From Geopsychrobacteraceae bacterium (GTDB lineage: Bacteria > Desulfobacterota > Desulfuromonadia > Desulfuromonadales > Geopsychrobacteraceae): DNA of 64,000 bases. The DNA lies in assembly GCA_963676795.2 (NCBI GenBank), contig CAXXTB010000002.1:1120001-1184000 (forward strand), read 5' to 3'. Positions within the stretch are counted from its first letter, which is position 1; the number at the start of each line of letters is the position of its first letter. Both the position numbers and the translations under genes were made by a program. The notes below the pieces were generated by a model. That model ran no database searches. It was not told where the DNA came from and saw only the letters and a list, made by a program, of their open reading frames with translations. Shown piece after piece: positions 51,101 through 61,179 of this stretch.

Positions 51101-52261
51101 ATGAGCAGCAGGGAACAACAGAATAGACGTATCATGATTGTTGCCGGAGAATCTTCTGGCGATTTGCACGGCAGCAATCTTATCAAAGCCGCAGCCAGGC
51201 TCTGTCCGAATTTGAGCTTCTTCGGTGTCGGCGGCCCCCGCATGGAGATGGCCGGCTGTCGAATTATCATTCCTTCCGATGAGTTGTCTGTGATGGGGGT
51301 TGTTGAGGTCCTCAAACAGTTGCCCCGTATCTATCGTTATTTTCGTCAGTTAAAGAAAATATTAAGAAGTAACTCTCGGCCTGATCTTCTGGTATTGATC
51401 GATTTTCCTGATTTTAATCTCAGGTTGGCAAAGGTTGCCAAGTCTTTGGGTATTCCGGTTTTATATTATATAACGCCCAAGGTTTGGGCCTGGCGGCGTG
51501 GAAGAGCAAAAACGATTGCAGAGAATACAGATCATTTAGCGCTGATTTTTCCATTTGAACCTGAGATCTTTCGCCCGTTGGGAGTTGCTGCCGAATACGT
51601 TGGTAATCCTTTGCTGGATGAATTTGTTGAGAACCAGCCGTCAGGTGATTTGCGAGATAAACTTGGTTTTGGCAAAGACGAACAGGTTGTCGGTATCTTT
51701 CCCGGGAGTCGTAACTCTGAGGTTCAAAATATTTTTTCTTCTCTTGTGGAAACGATGAAACTGATTCATCGCAGAAAGCCGCAGGTCAAATTTCTGTTGC
51801 CGATCGCTCCTTCTCTGCCGCGTGAAGTTTTTGAGTCAAGATTGGCACAGACCGGATTGCCGATTCATCTCCTCGATGAAAATATTTATGAAGTCGCTAC
51901 AGCCTGTGACGCGGTACTGACTGTTTCCGGGACTGTTACTTTGCAGCTCGCTCTGGTCGCTACACCGATGGCAATTCTCTATAAGATATCGCCATTAAGT
52001 TACGCAATTGGAAAACGCTTGGTGAAAATCAGTTTTGCAGGTTTGACAAATATTGTGGCAGGGCGTGAAATCGTCAGAGAATTTATCCAGGACGCTGCAG
52101 AACCCTCAGCAATGTGTGATGAGATAAACCGTTTGCTTGACGACGATTCATATTCAAGCGATGTGCGTGAAAAATTAAATGAAGTCAAACAGTTACTTGG
52201 AAGTTCTGGGTGCTCGGAACGGGTAGTGGGAATTATTGGTAACTTGTTGGCCAAGGCATGA
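51101..52261 (+). CDS. lpxB: Lipid-A-disaccharide synthase
   Basis: AGESSGD, IDFPDFN, PKVWAWR, PGSR, SGTVTL. Confidence 0.95.
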   Translation: MSSREQQNRRIMIVAGESSGDLHGSNLIKAAARLCPNLSFFGVGGPRMEMAGCRIIIPSDELSVMGVVEVLKQLPRIYRYFRQLKKILRSNSRPDLLVLIDFPDFNLRLAKVAKSLGIPVLYYITPKVWAWRRGRAKTIAENTDHLALIFPFEPEIFRPLGVAAEYVGNPLLDEFVENQPSGDLRDKLGFGKDEQVVGIFPGSRNSEVQNIFSSLVETMKLIHRRKPQVKFLLPIAPSLPREVFESRLAQTGLPIHLLDENIYEVATACDAVLTVSGTVTLQLALVATPMAILYKISPLSYAIGKRLVKISFAGLTNIVAGREIVREFIQDAAEPSAMCDEINRLLDDDSYSSDVREKLNEVKQLLGSSGCSERVVGIIGNLLAKA

Positions 52262-54025
52262 TTGTCAGAAGGAAATTTTGTGCTGATTAACTCTAAAAAT
52301 AAAGAAACATATCTGCGTTTGATTCGCTACGCATTGCCGTATAAATGGTTTCTGGTTTTCTCTGTTTTTGCGTCTTTGGCTGTTTCCGGAACTGATGTCG
52401 CTATTGCATGGGTGTCCAAACCCTTTGTTGACAAAGTAATCAGGGAAGGGAATGTCACGCTGATGAAGTTGTTGCCAATCGGTGTGATTCTTCTCTATAC
52501 GGTCAAAGGGGCAGCGCGTTACTTTCAGGAATATTTTGTAAAGAATGCTGGTCAGTTGGCAGTTCAGGATATACGCAACGAATCTTTCAAGCATACGATG
52601 TATTTATCGATGCGCTATTTTGCTAAGCAAAAGACAGGCGTTCTGATGTCTCGACTGCTCAATGACATCGGCGTAGTTCAACGTGCAATATCCAGCAATG
52701 TCATAGACTTGATACGTGAGACATTGACTATGATCAGTCTCGTTGTCTATGCCTTTGTGACAGACTGGAAGATGGCCCTTGTGACTTTCATTGTTGTTCT
52801 CGCAACTATCGGTCCGGCGTCGGCTATCGGCAAGAAAATCAAAAAATATTCAAAACGTGGTCAGGCTGCAATCGGAGTACTGACTTCCAGGGTGCAGCAG
52901 AGTTTTTCAGGCATCAAGGTTATCAAGGCCTTCGGAACTGAAGACGACGAGATACGAAAGTTCGAAAAAGAAAACTGGGACCTGTATCTGTTGTTTAGAA
53001 AAACCTTCAAATATTCAGCCGGAACCGCACCTCTTATGGAGATCCTGACGTCCTTCGGAGTCGCCGCATCCCTCTGGTACGGTTTCTCTCGAGTGATATC
53101 TGGCGAAATTACTCAGGGGGAGCTTATCTCCATTATGGTTGCGGCTGTCATGATGTATGGACCTTTGAAGCGGTTGGTTAAGGTTAACAACTCCCTGCAG
53201 GGCGCACTCGGTGCTGCTGAACGGGTGTTCGAATTGATTGATACTCCTATAGAGATCAATGACAAGAAGGACGCACTAATACTGCCCCGGGTTAAGGGAG
53301 ATGTCGTCTTTGAAAGGGTGTCATTTGCCTATGATGAAACTCCTGTCCTTGAGGATTTTTCGGTCAAGGTTCGAGCAGGTGAAGTCATCGCTTTTGTCGG
53401 GGCAAGCGGGGCAGGAAAAACCACTGTCATGGGTTTGCTTAATCGGTTCTTTGAGCCACAATCAGGTTCGATTACTATTGACGGTTACGATATCAAGCAT
53501 GTGACTCAGACCAGCCTGCATGCCAATATGGCACTGGTTGATCAGGAGACCTTTTTGTTTAATGATACGATTATCAACAATATTCGTTATAGCCGTCCAG
53601 ATGCGAGCGATGATGAGGTTCGTGATGCTGCTCGGCTAGCTTATGCTGATGATTTTATTATGGAGATGCCGGAAAACTACGAGTCCGTTATTGGAGATCG
53701 CGGTGTCCGCCTGTCCGGTGGACAACGGCAACGAATCTGTATTGCCCGAGCGATTCTCCGCAATGCACCTCTCCTGCTCCTTGATGAAGCGACCAGTGCC
53801 CTGGATAACGAAAGCGAGGCAATGGTGCAAAAAGCTCTTATCAATCTGATGAAAGATCGTACCACCTTTATTATCGCCCACCGGTTTTCAACGATCGTTC
53901 ATGCCGATAGGATACTTGTTCTGGATCATGGCAAAATTGTTGAGGAGGGAACTCATCAAGATTTGCTGGAAAACGATGGCTATTATCGGCGCTTGTTTGA
54001 AGCTCAGTTTGAGGACAGAGGTTGA
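52262..54025 (+). CDS. msbA: Lipid A flippase ABC transporter (start uncertain)
   Basis: TMD+NBD fusion, GASGAGKT, LSGGQRQR, DEATSALD; lipid A gene context. Confidence 0.88.
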   Translation: MSEGNFVLINSKNKETYLRLIRYALPYKWFLVFSVFASLAVSGTDVAIAWVSKPFVDKVIREGNVTLMKLLPIGVILLYTVKGAARYFQEYFVKNAGQLAVQDIRNESFKHTMYLSMRYFAKQKTGVLMSRLLNDIGVVQRAISSNVIDLIRETLTMISLVVYAFVTDWKMALVTFIVVLATIGPASAIGKKIKKYSKRGQAAIGVLTSRVQQSFSGIKVIKAFGTEDDEIRKFEKENWDLYLLFRKTFKYSAGTAPLMEILTSFGVAASLWYGFSRVISGEITQGELISIMVAAVMMYGPLKRLVKVNNSLQGALGAAERVFELIDTPIEINDKKDALILPRVKGDVVFERVSFAYDETPVLEDFSVKVRAGEVIAFVGASGAGKTTVMGLLNRFFEPQSGSITIDGYDIKHVTQTSLHANMALVDQETFLFNDTIINNIRYSRPDASDDEVRDAARLAYADDFIMEMPENYESVIGDRGVRLSGGQRQRICIARAILRNAPLLLLDEATSALDNESEAMVQKALINLMKDRTTFIIAHRFSTIVHADRILVLDHGKIVEEGTHQDLLENDGYYRRLFEAQFEDRG

Positions 54026-54690
54026 TGAAACTGCGTGATCAGTTTTTATTGAGCCTGGCTCCGTGGCTTGCATCGAGGCTTGTCCGTATTTTGCATCTGA
54101 CGACCAAAACGGAGATCCTGGGGCTGCAAAACGCCCTTCAGTTCTGGAACGAAAAGAGGAATGTTATACTGGTCAGCTGGCATGATGAACTGTTGATGAT
54201 GCCGATGGCCTATCGTGGTTATGGTGCGCAGATTCTGATCAGTTCGTCAAAAGATGGTGAGTTGATTGCCCGTACGGTCAAATACTGGGGATATGATGCT
54301 GTGCGAGGGTCTTCGAGCCGTGGCGGGACGTCAGCGTTCAGGGAAATGGTCAATTTGTGTAAGCGGCCTCTTGACCTGGCCATTACACCCGATGGTCCCA
54401 GGGGGCCGCGCCACGTTCTGAAAGATGGCGTCCTGCAGTTGGCGCGGTTGGGCGGTCGACCAATTATCCCGATGACCTACGTCTGCAGCAAGGGGTATCG
54501 TTTCTCATCCTGGGATCGTTTCCTCTGCCCATATCCTTTTTGCCGGGCCGTCTATTCATACGGCGAACCAGTTTCATATGCGGAAAAAGAAAGTATCGAG
54601 TCTTTCCGGCAGCGGTTAAGCGCCGCAATGTCATCCAATTACAATAAAGCAAAAGAGCGTTTAGAATCTTATGGTCTTTCAGCTATATAG
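54025..54690 (+). CDS. DUF374 lysophospholipid-acyltransferase-family protein
   Basis: SWH, SSSKDGE, VRGSSSRGG, ITPDGPRGP, SWDRF. Confidence 0.85.
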   Translation: MKLRDQFLLSLAPWLASRLVRILHLTTKTEILGLQNALQFWNEKRNVILVSWHDELLMMPMAYRGYGAQILISSSKDGELIARTVKYWGYDAVRGSSSRGGTSAFREMVNLCKRPLDLAITPDGPRGPRHVLKDGVLQLARLGGRPIIPMTYVCSKGYRFSSWDRFLCPYPFCRAVYSYGEPVSYAEKESIESFRQRLSAAMSSNYNKAKERLESYGLSAI

Positions 54691-55963
54691 CGGAGTTCTT
54701 GTTGTGGCAGCCGTCTTTATGTTGCCATATTATCTTCTGCAAAGTTATCGCAGAGGAAAATACCGTGACGGTATTGCTGAGCGCTTCGGTCATTATCGGG
54801 AGTCATTGCTCTTGGCATTGAAAGGAGTTCCTTTTATCTGGGTGCATGCCGTGTCGGTTGGCGAAACCCGCGCGGCAATACCTCTGATCAAGGCGTTACG
54901 CAAACGATACCCTGATCATAAGATCCTGGTCAGTAACGTGACAGAAACCGGTCATCAGATCGCGTCCAGCAGTCAGTGGATTGATCATACGATCTATTTC
55001 CCGTTCGATTTTCCATGGGTTATCCGCAGAGTTTTTTCTCAACTGAAGCCGGAGATGATCGTTATTGTCGAAACCGAACTGTGGCCAAACTTTATCCGCT
55101 ATGCCCATGACGAAGGGATCTCCCTGGCACTCGTTAACGGGCGAATTTCCGACCGCTCATATCCACGTTATCGGAAGTTCAGGTTTCTGTTTTTACAGTT
55201 GCTGAAGAGGTTTTCTGTCTTTTGCATGCAGTCTCAGACCGACAGTGAGCGGATCGTTGCTCTGGGAGCTGATAGGGAAAAGGTAGAAAACACCGGCAAT
55301 CTGAAATACGACTACGAGTTGAAGACCCTTTCAGATGATAAGGCTGCTGAGAAAAAAGCCAGCTATCGGGTGCCTGAAAGTGCCAGGATCATTGTTGCCG
55401 GCAGCACTCATGAAGGCGAAGAGGAACAGTTGCTTGAGGTTTATCGCCGGCTGCGGGAATCCGGAATGACTGAACTGTTTATGATTCTGATTCCCCGTCA
55501 TCCGGAGCGTTGCTCACAATTACAGGACCTGCTCCGTGAGCGTGGCTTTGCCTATCGACTCAGAAGTCAAACCGAACGTCAGGCAGTTTCTCAGCAGAGC
55601 GGTGAAGTTCTGTTGGTCGATACCCTTGGAGAGGTGATCGATTGTTACAGTATCTCCGACCTTGTTTTTGTCGGCGGCAGCCTGGTCAAGGTTGGGGGCC
55701 ATAATATGCTGGAGGCTTCTCTGGTCAGCAAGCCGGTGCTGTTTGGTGCTCACACCCACAACTTCAAGGTAATTTCAGCAAAAATGATCCGTGCCGGTGC
55801 TGGAATCAGGGTTGCCGATAAAAATGACCTGTATGAACAGTGTCGTCTTTTACTGTCAGAACCATCTAGAGCAAGAATCATGGGGCAGGCCGGTCAGGCG
55901 CTGATTGTGGAAAACTCAGGCTCCTCTGAAAGAACAATGCGTCATATCGTCAAGATGCTTTAA
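54671..55963 (+). CDS. waaA: Kdo transferase
   Basis: WVHAVSVGE, ETELWPN, AGSTH, PRHPER, GGHNMLE. Confidence 0.95.
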   Translation: MVFQLYSGVLVVAAVFMLPYYLLQSYRRGKYRDGIAERFGHYRESLLLALKGVPFIWVHAVSVGETRAAIPLIKALRKRYPDHKILVSNVTETGHQIASSSQWIDHTIYFPFDFPWVIRRVFSQLKPEMIVIVETELWPNFIRYAHDEGISLALVNGRISDRSYPRYRKFRFLFLQLLKRFSVFCMQSQTDSERIVALGADREKVENTGNLKYDYELKTLSDDKAAEKKASYRVPESARIIVAGSTHEGEEEQLLEVYRRLRESGMTELFMILIPRHPERCSQLQDLLRERGFAYRLRSQTERQAVSQQSGEVLLVDTLGEVIDCYSISDLVFVGGSLVKVGGHNMLEASLVSKPVLFGAHTHNFKVISAKMIRAGAGIRVADKNDLYEQCRLLLSEPSRARIMGQAGQALIVENSGSSERTMRHIVKML

Positions 55964-55968
55964 GAGTA

Positions 55969-57048
55969 ATGAATAGTTTTTCTTTAATACAGCTACATAA
56001 AAAACTGGTTCAGCGTGATTTCAGTAATCCGCTGAGAGCTTTGTTTTTTTGTTTGTTGATTCCCTTTGCCTGGCTTTACGGCGCTATCGGGTGGATACGG
56101 GCAAAGTTATATCAATTTCAGGTTTTTAACTCCTACCGGTCATCACTGCCGGTCTTGTCCGTAGGGAACCTTGCTGCCGGAGGGACTGGTAAAACACCGA
56201 CCGTTGACTGGCTGGTCAAGGGGTTTCAGCAGAAGGGGAAAAGGGTAGCTGTCTTAAGCCGTGGTTATGGCGGGACTTTTGGAGGGAGGGCTGCTCTTGT
56301 TTCAGATGGCCACAGATTGCTGATGACGGCTTCCGAGTGCGGTGATGAGCCCTGTCTCATAGCTAAACAGAACCCGGGGCTGATTGTTGCAATTGCCAGA
56401 AAGCGTGTCGATGGGCTGAGGATGATTGAAGAGTTAGGTCTCATTGACCTGGTTATTCTGGACGACGCCTTTCAACACCTCGCTGTCAAACGGGATGTTG
56501 ATCTCGTTCTGCTTGATGAACGGTTACCACTGGGGAACGGCTGGCCTCTGCCCGCCGGCAATCTTCGTGAGTTTTCTTCAGCGCTTAAACGGGCTGATTT
56601 TTTCATGTTGACCCGTGCGCAAAGCATGCGTAGTAGTGGTCAGCTGTTCGGAAAACCTGTCTATACCTCTCAGCATCGGCTGTCCAGTACCGCCATTTCC
56701 CTGCAGGGGAAAGTATTGCCTCTGCGTGAATGTATGGAAAAAAAGATTGTAGCCTTTGCAGGAATAGCGAACCCGGAAGATTTTTTTAACTTCCTTGAGG
56801 GAAGCGGAATTCCACTTTTCGCCAAGTTGGCACTGTCTGATCATGTGCAGTATGATGCAGCGACTATCTGTACTCTCAATGAGGTCTCTGAGGATGCCGA
56901 TCTTTTGTTGACAACGGGAAAGGATGCGGTGAAATTGAGATCTGAACTTTTTTCTATCCCCTGCTATCAGGTTCCTTTGGAGATGCATGTCAGTTCAGGC
57001 GAGAGTCTTTTGGACAACCTTCAAAAATGTCTGTGGGGTGAGTATTGA
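55969..57048 (+). CDS. lpxK: Tetraacyldisaccharide 4'-kinase
   Basis: SVGNLAAGGTGKTP, SRGYG, GDEP, LDDAFQH, PAGNLRE. Confidence 0.95.
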   Translation: MNSFSLIQLHKKLVQRDFSNPLRALFFCLLIPFAWLYGAIGWIRAKLYQFQVFNSYRSSLPVLSVGNLAAGGTGKTPTVDWLVKGFQQKGKRVAVLSRGYGGTFGGRAALVSDGHRLLMTASECGDEPCLIAKQNPGLIVAIARKRVDGLRMIEELGLIDLVILDDAFQHLAVKRDVDLVLLDERLPLGNGWPLPAGNLREFSSALKRADFFMLTRAQSMRSSGQLFGKPVYTSQHRLSSTAISLQGKVLPLRECMEKKIVAFAGIANPEDFFNFLEGSGIPLFAKLALSDHVQYDAATICTLNEVSEDADLLLTTGKDAVKLRSELFSIPCYQVPLEMHVSSGESLLDNLQKCLWGEY

Positions 57049-57212
57049 TGTTTGATCCGGAGTTGGTGAAATTGCTGGCCTGTCCCGTCTGTAAGGGAAG
57101 TGTCAGGTTGAATGAAACAGGAGATGCTCTTACCTGCGAGCACTGCCGTTTGCGTTTTTCAATACGAGATGATATCCCGATCATGCTGACTGATGAGGCA
57201 GAAGCCTATTGA
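57048..57212 (+). CDS. Trm112/YcaR family protein (54 aa; below the ORF-track cutoff)
   Basis: Hand translation MFDPELVKLLACPVCKGSV...CEHCRLRFSIRDDIPIMLTDEAEAY. TGATG overlap with lpxK, the usual lpxK-ycaR order. Confidence 0.9.
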   Translation: MFDPELVKLLACPVCKGSVRLNETGDALTCEHCRLRFSIRDDIPIMLTDEAEAY

Positions 57213-57213
57213 C

Positions 57214-58161
57214 ATGCCTGTGAGTACAGACACAAAAAGAGTTTTGATCTTAAGCGACGGCAAGCCAGGGCATGTCAATCAGTCGATTGCCTTCGCCAGA
57301 CATCTTGACTGTTCTTATCAGATTGAAAGAGTTGATTTTCAAAGTCGGATAGCGAAAATCCTGTCTTATCTCTTCGACAGGGTGGGGATTTATTCCCGTT
57401 TTCTTTTTTCTAGCTCTGTTACGGCACAAGGTTTTGATCTTATCGTTTCTGCCGGTTCCGGGACCTACTACGCTAATAAAACCCTTGCCCGAAAGTTCTC
57501 TGTGAGATCTGCAGCAATCATGCTGCCAAGAGGCTATCGCTATAATTTTGATCTGATTGTCGCGCAGAGTCATGACTATCCCTCCAATCGACCAAACATA
57601 TTGGAAATTCCTATAAACCTGTCTTTTGCAGAACCGCAAGGGCATGTAAGGGGTGTCAATGGGCAAGCTTATGTCTCTGTCATAATCGGCGGGGACAGTT
57701 CTGTCGGAAAGCTGAGTCCGGAAAAGTTAAAGCGACAGCTTGAGGAGATTTTCACATCCTTCCCTCGACACAGATTCTGGCTGACGACATCCAGAAGAAC
57801 GTCTCCCGAGGTTGAGGCTGTTTTGCGGCAATTTCCCTTTGAGTGGAGCGTTTTCTACTCTGAAAGGCAGATAAATCCGATTGGTGATTTTCTGGAATAT
57901 AGTGAATATGTCTTTATTACTGAGGATTCGACATCAATGATCAGTGAGGCTGTCAGTTTTGGTCAGGCAAATGTCGAGATTCTTACATTGTTTGATGGGA
58001 AATCTAAAAAATCGAAATATATGAAGATGATCAATATGCTGGAAGCGCAATCCTGTTTGCATATGTATGATGGCCATTGTGGTAACAGGGGGCGGAAAAT
58101 CAGGCTTGGCCAATTGTTGAAGTCAAGCTCTGTCGTAAATAGGCTAGGTATAGCCCAATGA
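57214..58161 (+). CDS. ELM1/GtrOC1-family putative glycosyltransferase
   Basis: LSDGKPGHVNQS, IIGG, TTSRRT, ITEDSTSMISEA. Confidence 0.8.
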   Translation: MPVSTDTKRVLILSDGKPGHVNQSIAFARHLDCSYQIERVDFQSRIAKILSYLFDRVGIYSRFLFSSSVTAQGFDLIVSAGSGTYYANKTLARKFSVRSAAIMLPRGYRYNFDLIVAQSHDYPSNRPNILEIPINLSFAEPQGHVRGVNGQAYVSVIIGGDSSVGKLSPEKLKRQLEEIFTSFPRHRFWLTTSRRTSPEVEAVLRQFPFEWSVFYSERQINPIGDFLEYSEYVFITEDSTSMISEAVSFGQANVEILTLFDGKSKKSKYMKMINMLEAQSCLHMYDGHCGNRGRKIRLGQLLKSSSVVNRLGIAQ

Positions 58162-59279
58162 AAGTTCTCCAGGTTACAGCCTCATTGGAACAGGGGGGAG
58201 TTGAGCGTGGAACGGTAGAAATGGCCGCGTTTATTGTTTCCAAAGGAGCTGCGAGTTATGTCGCTTCGCAGGGGGGGCGTCTTGTCGCTGAACTGGAGCA
58301 AGGGGGGACAAGTCATTTCTGTTTGCCTCTGGCCCGGCGTAATCCTGTCGCTATTCTCTATTCTGCGTTGGCTTTGAAACGTGTTATCCAAAAAGAGGGC
58401 ATAGATCTTGTTCATGCTCGTTCCAGAGCCCCGGCCTGGGCGGCGTTTCTTGCCAGCAAGATGACCGGAGTGAAGTTCGTCACCACGTTTCATGGCACGC
58501 ATCGGATTCAGAATGGGCTGAAAAGGTTCTATAACGCAGTCATGGTCCGTGGGATCCGCGTCATTGCTATCAGTGGATTCATAAAGGAGCATATCGTCAA
58601 AAACTATCAGGTTGAAGCGGACCGGATCGATATCGCCCGAAGAGGTTTTGATCCGCTGGTTTTCAATAGAGACCTGATCGACCCTATTGTTCTTGGAGAT
58701 TTAAGGACCAGTTATTCCCTGACCGCTGAGATTCCTGTCATCTGTTTGCCGGGGCGCCTGACTCGTTGGAAGGGGCAGGAACTGTTTCTCAGTGCTTTGG
58801 CAAATCTGAAGGACCTTTCCTGGCAAGCCCTGATTGTCGGTGGTGCGACAAAGAAAAGCTCCTATGTTGACGACCTTAAGCGTCTCGTTGCTGAAAACGG
58901 GCTCTCTGATCGTGTTGTTTTTACCGGGAATCAGAAAGATATCGCTCCCTTTTACGCAATATCTGATGTTGTTGTTTCGGCATCACTGGAGCCAGAGGCG
59001 TTCGGGCGCGTTGCCGTCGAGGCTCAGGCCATGGGAGTGCCGGTTATAGCATCTGCTCACGGGGGGGCATTGGAGACTGTCAGAGATGGCGTGACCGGAT
59101 GGCTGTTTGCGAATGGAGATGTCGGTGACCTGACAGATAAATTAAGAGATTCCTTAAGCTCGGAACTGATGCGCAGAAAAATGGGTGAACAGGCCAGGGC
59201 GTGGGTCTGGGATAATTTCACCATAGATAAAATGTGCTCAGCGGAGTGGGAGACCTATATTAAGGTACTCATGAAATAA
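58158..59279 (+). CDS. GT4 glycosyltransferase
   Basis: GGVERGT, HARSRAPAW, GRLTRWKGQ, EAFGRVAVEAQA. Confidence 0.9.
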   Translation: MKVLQVTASLEQGGVERGTVEMAAFIVSKGAASYVASQGGRLVAELEQGGTSHFCLPLARRNPVAILYSALALKRVIQKEGIDLVHARSRAPAWAAFLASKMTGVKFVTTFHGTHRIQNGLKRFYNAVMVRGIRVIAISGFIKEHIVKNYQVEADRIDIARRGFDPLVFNRDLIDPIVLGDLRTSYSLTAEIPVICLPGRLTRWKGQELFLSALANLKDLSWQALIVGGATKKSSYVDDLKRLVAENGLSDRVVFTGNQKDIAPFYAISDVVVSASLEPEAFGRVAVEAQAMGVPVIASAHGGALETVRDGVTGWLFANGDVGDLTDKLRDSLSSELMRRKMGEQARAWVWDNFTIDKMCSAEWETYIKVLMK

Positions 59280-59292
59280 ACTCGTAACGTCG

Positions 59293-59321
59293 TTGCTTAT
59301 ACGCTTAAATTGTCCTATTAT
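59293..59321 (+). promoter_or_regulatory. Internal sigma70-type promoter in the LPS cluster
   Basis: TTGCTT(59293-59298)-17 bp-TATTAT(59316-59321). Confidence 0.55.
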
Positions 59322-59359
59322 GTCAGGCCTTTATATTTGAGAGAAATGGATTGGAATTT

Positions 59360-60400
59360 ATGCGTGTTTTACATATAGCTTACCAGCAGTTAAGGCGTTA
59401 CGGAAAAACCAGAGTCAGTTGGGCACAGAAGCTGACCAACGGTCTGATCAAGAATGATCATCTTGTTCAGGTGTTCAGCGATCGGGATGTTGCGGCATTC
59501 GAAGCCCCATTGGGAATTCGTGACCTGGGTAAAGGGAAAGCGAACAAAAAGCTGTTGGAGACAGTCGCCGCATTTGACCCGGATCTGGTCATTGCCGGGC
59601 ATTGCGACATCATTACCAATGAAACCCTGAAGCAGATTCGGCAACTCAAGCCACAGGCGGCTATTGTCCATTGTAACAATGATCCCCTCTTCGTTCCTGA
59701 GAACGCTGACAGAATCAGGTACCGTGCCGAGGTCGTTGACGCAGTTTTTGTCTCGACAGGAAGGCGCGAGCTTGAAACATTCAAGGACTGTGGGGCTCGT
59801 CTCTATCACATGCCCAATCCTGTTGATCCTGCGATTGAAAATCTGGATAATTCAGCCCGCACTGATCTGCCAATTGATCTGTTGTTTTGCAGCAACAGTA
59901 ACAACTATACCAAGCGTCTCGAGATGGTTAAGTGGCTGAAGGATTCACTTGCCGGTGAAATGAATTTCAAAACCTACGGCAGTTTCGGAGAGCCACCAGT
60001 CTGGGGGCGTGATTATGAACGTGCACTTGGGCAGACCAAGATGGGGCTCAATCTCAATCGTCAGGATGGAGACTATTGGTACTCCTCTGCACGGATGGCT
60101 CAGCTGGGAGGAAATGGGATCCTCCAGTTTAGCCACAGCGGTCCCCGTTTCGACGAATTGTTCCCTTCCGAATCGATCGTATACTTTAGTGATGAGACCG
60201 AATTGCTGGCTTCAATCAGAGAGTTTCATCACGACGATGATAAGCGTCAGGCCTGGGCGGCCAGGGCTCGGGAGTTTTTTCACGCCAAGATGAATAATAC
60301 TCTGTATGCCCAATACATTCTGGAGGCTTCATTACTGCTTCCCTTCAGTTCCGACTACGTCTGGGCGCAGGATATCAACCAGGACGGGTCGCTGAAATAA
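59360..60400 (+). CDS. GT-B glycosyltransferase (CgeB/Glyco_trans_1_2-like)
   Basis: MGLNLNR, YSSARMAQLGGNG, C-terminal GT-B helix pattern. Confidence 0.7.
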   Translation: MRVLHIAYQQLRRYGKTRVSWAQKLTNGLIKNDHLVQVFSDRDVAAFEAPLGIRDLGKGKANKKLLETVAAFDPDLVIAGHCDIITNETLKQIRQLKPQAAIVHCNNDPLFVPENADRIRYRAEVVDAVFVSTGRRELETFKDCGARLYHMPNPVDPAIENLDNSARTDLPIDLLFCSNSNNYTKRLEMVKWLKDSLAGEMNFKTYGSFGEPPVWGRDYERALGQTKMGLNLNRQDGDYWYSSARMAQLGGNGILQFSHSGPRFDELFPSESIVYFSDETELLASIREFHHDDDKRQAWAARAREFFHAKMNNTLYAQYILEASLLLPFSSDYVWAQDINQDGSLK

Positions 60401-61101
60401 TGCTCAGGCTGTCATTGGAAAAACCGTTTGCCCAGGGGGGCAACCGTCTTTGCTTTATCCACCCTGAAGATTCTGGCCTTTGTGTAAAGGTACGCCGCCC
60501 GGATTTTACTCTCGAAGATCTGCGCCGAAAAAAAGGTTTTCCTAAGAGTTTGCGTCCCCTCTCATCCTTTGATGATAATCTGGATGAATACAGGGTCATG
60601 TGTCGTTTTAAAAAAAACTACGATGATGTCATATACCGCCATGTCAGCCGCTGTTACGGTTTCGTTGAGACCGATTTGGGTAAAGGACTTGTCTCCGAAC
60701 TGGTTTGTGATGAAGATCGAAAGGTTTCGCAAACTCTGAAAAAATATATATGGGACCACGGCCAGGACGATAAGATAATGGCGGCTGCGAAGGAGTTGGC
60801 CGACTTCTGGCTGCAGCTCAGGGTGCCTTCCAGAGATCTGTTGCTTCACAATATAGTTGTCCAGATGGAGGCGCAAAGAATAGTGCGGCTGGTCGTAATA
60901 GATGGGCTGGGTAGTTCAGGACTTGTGCCTTTCGCCTGTTTGCCCGCTTCAATGCAGACGGCAAAGGTTGAGCGAAAGGTGAAGAACTTTTATGCACGTA
61001 TTGACAGGCTTGCTGTCCAGCGTCAGAGAGCTTATGGGACTAAGTTTCCAGGCTATCATGGGCAATTGATTCATGATGGCAGCGAATGTCAAAAAAAATG
61101 A
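60400..61101 (+). CDS. YrbL-family kinase-like protein
   Basis: FAQGGNRLCFIHP, CVKV, YGFVETDLGKGLV, RDLLLHNIV, VIDGLG. Confidence 0.75.
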   Translation: MLRLSLEKPFAQGGNRLCFIHPEDSGLCVKVRRPDFTLEDLRRKKGFPKSLRPLSSFDDNLDEYRVMCRFKKNYDDVIYRHVSRCYGFVETDLGKGLVSELVCDEDRKVSQTLKKYIWDHGQDDKIMAAAKELADFWLQLRVPSRDLLLHNIVVQMEAQRIVRLVVIDGLGSSGLVPFACLPASMQTAKVERKVKNFYARIDRLAVQRQRAYGTKFPGYHGQLIHDGSECQKK

Positions 61102-61179
61102 GTTTGAAAAAATTGGTCTATGTCGGTTTTGTGATTCCTTGTTGTTAAGGTTTTGTCAAACTGACGGCTGATATTATGG

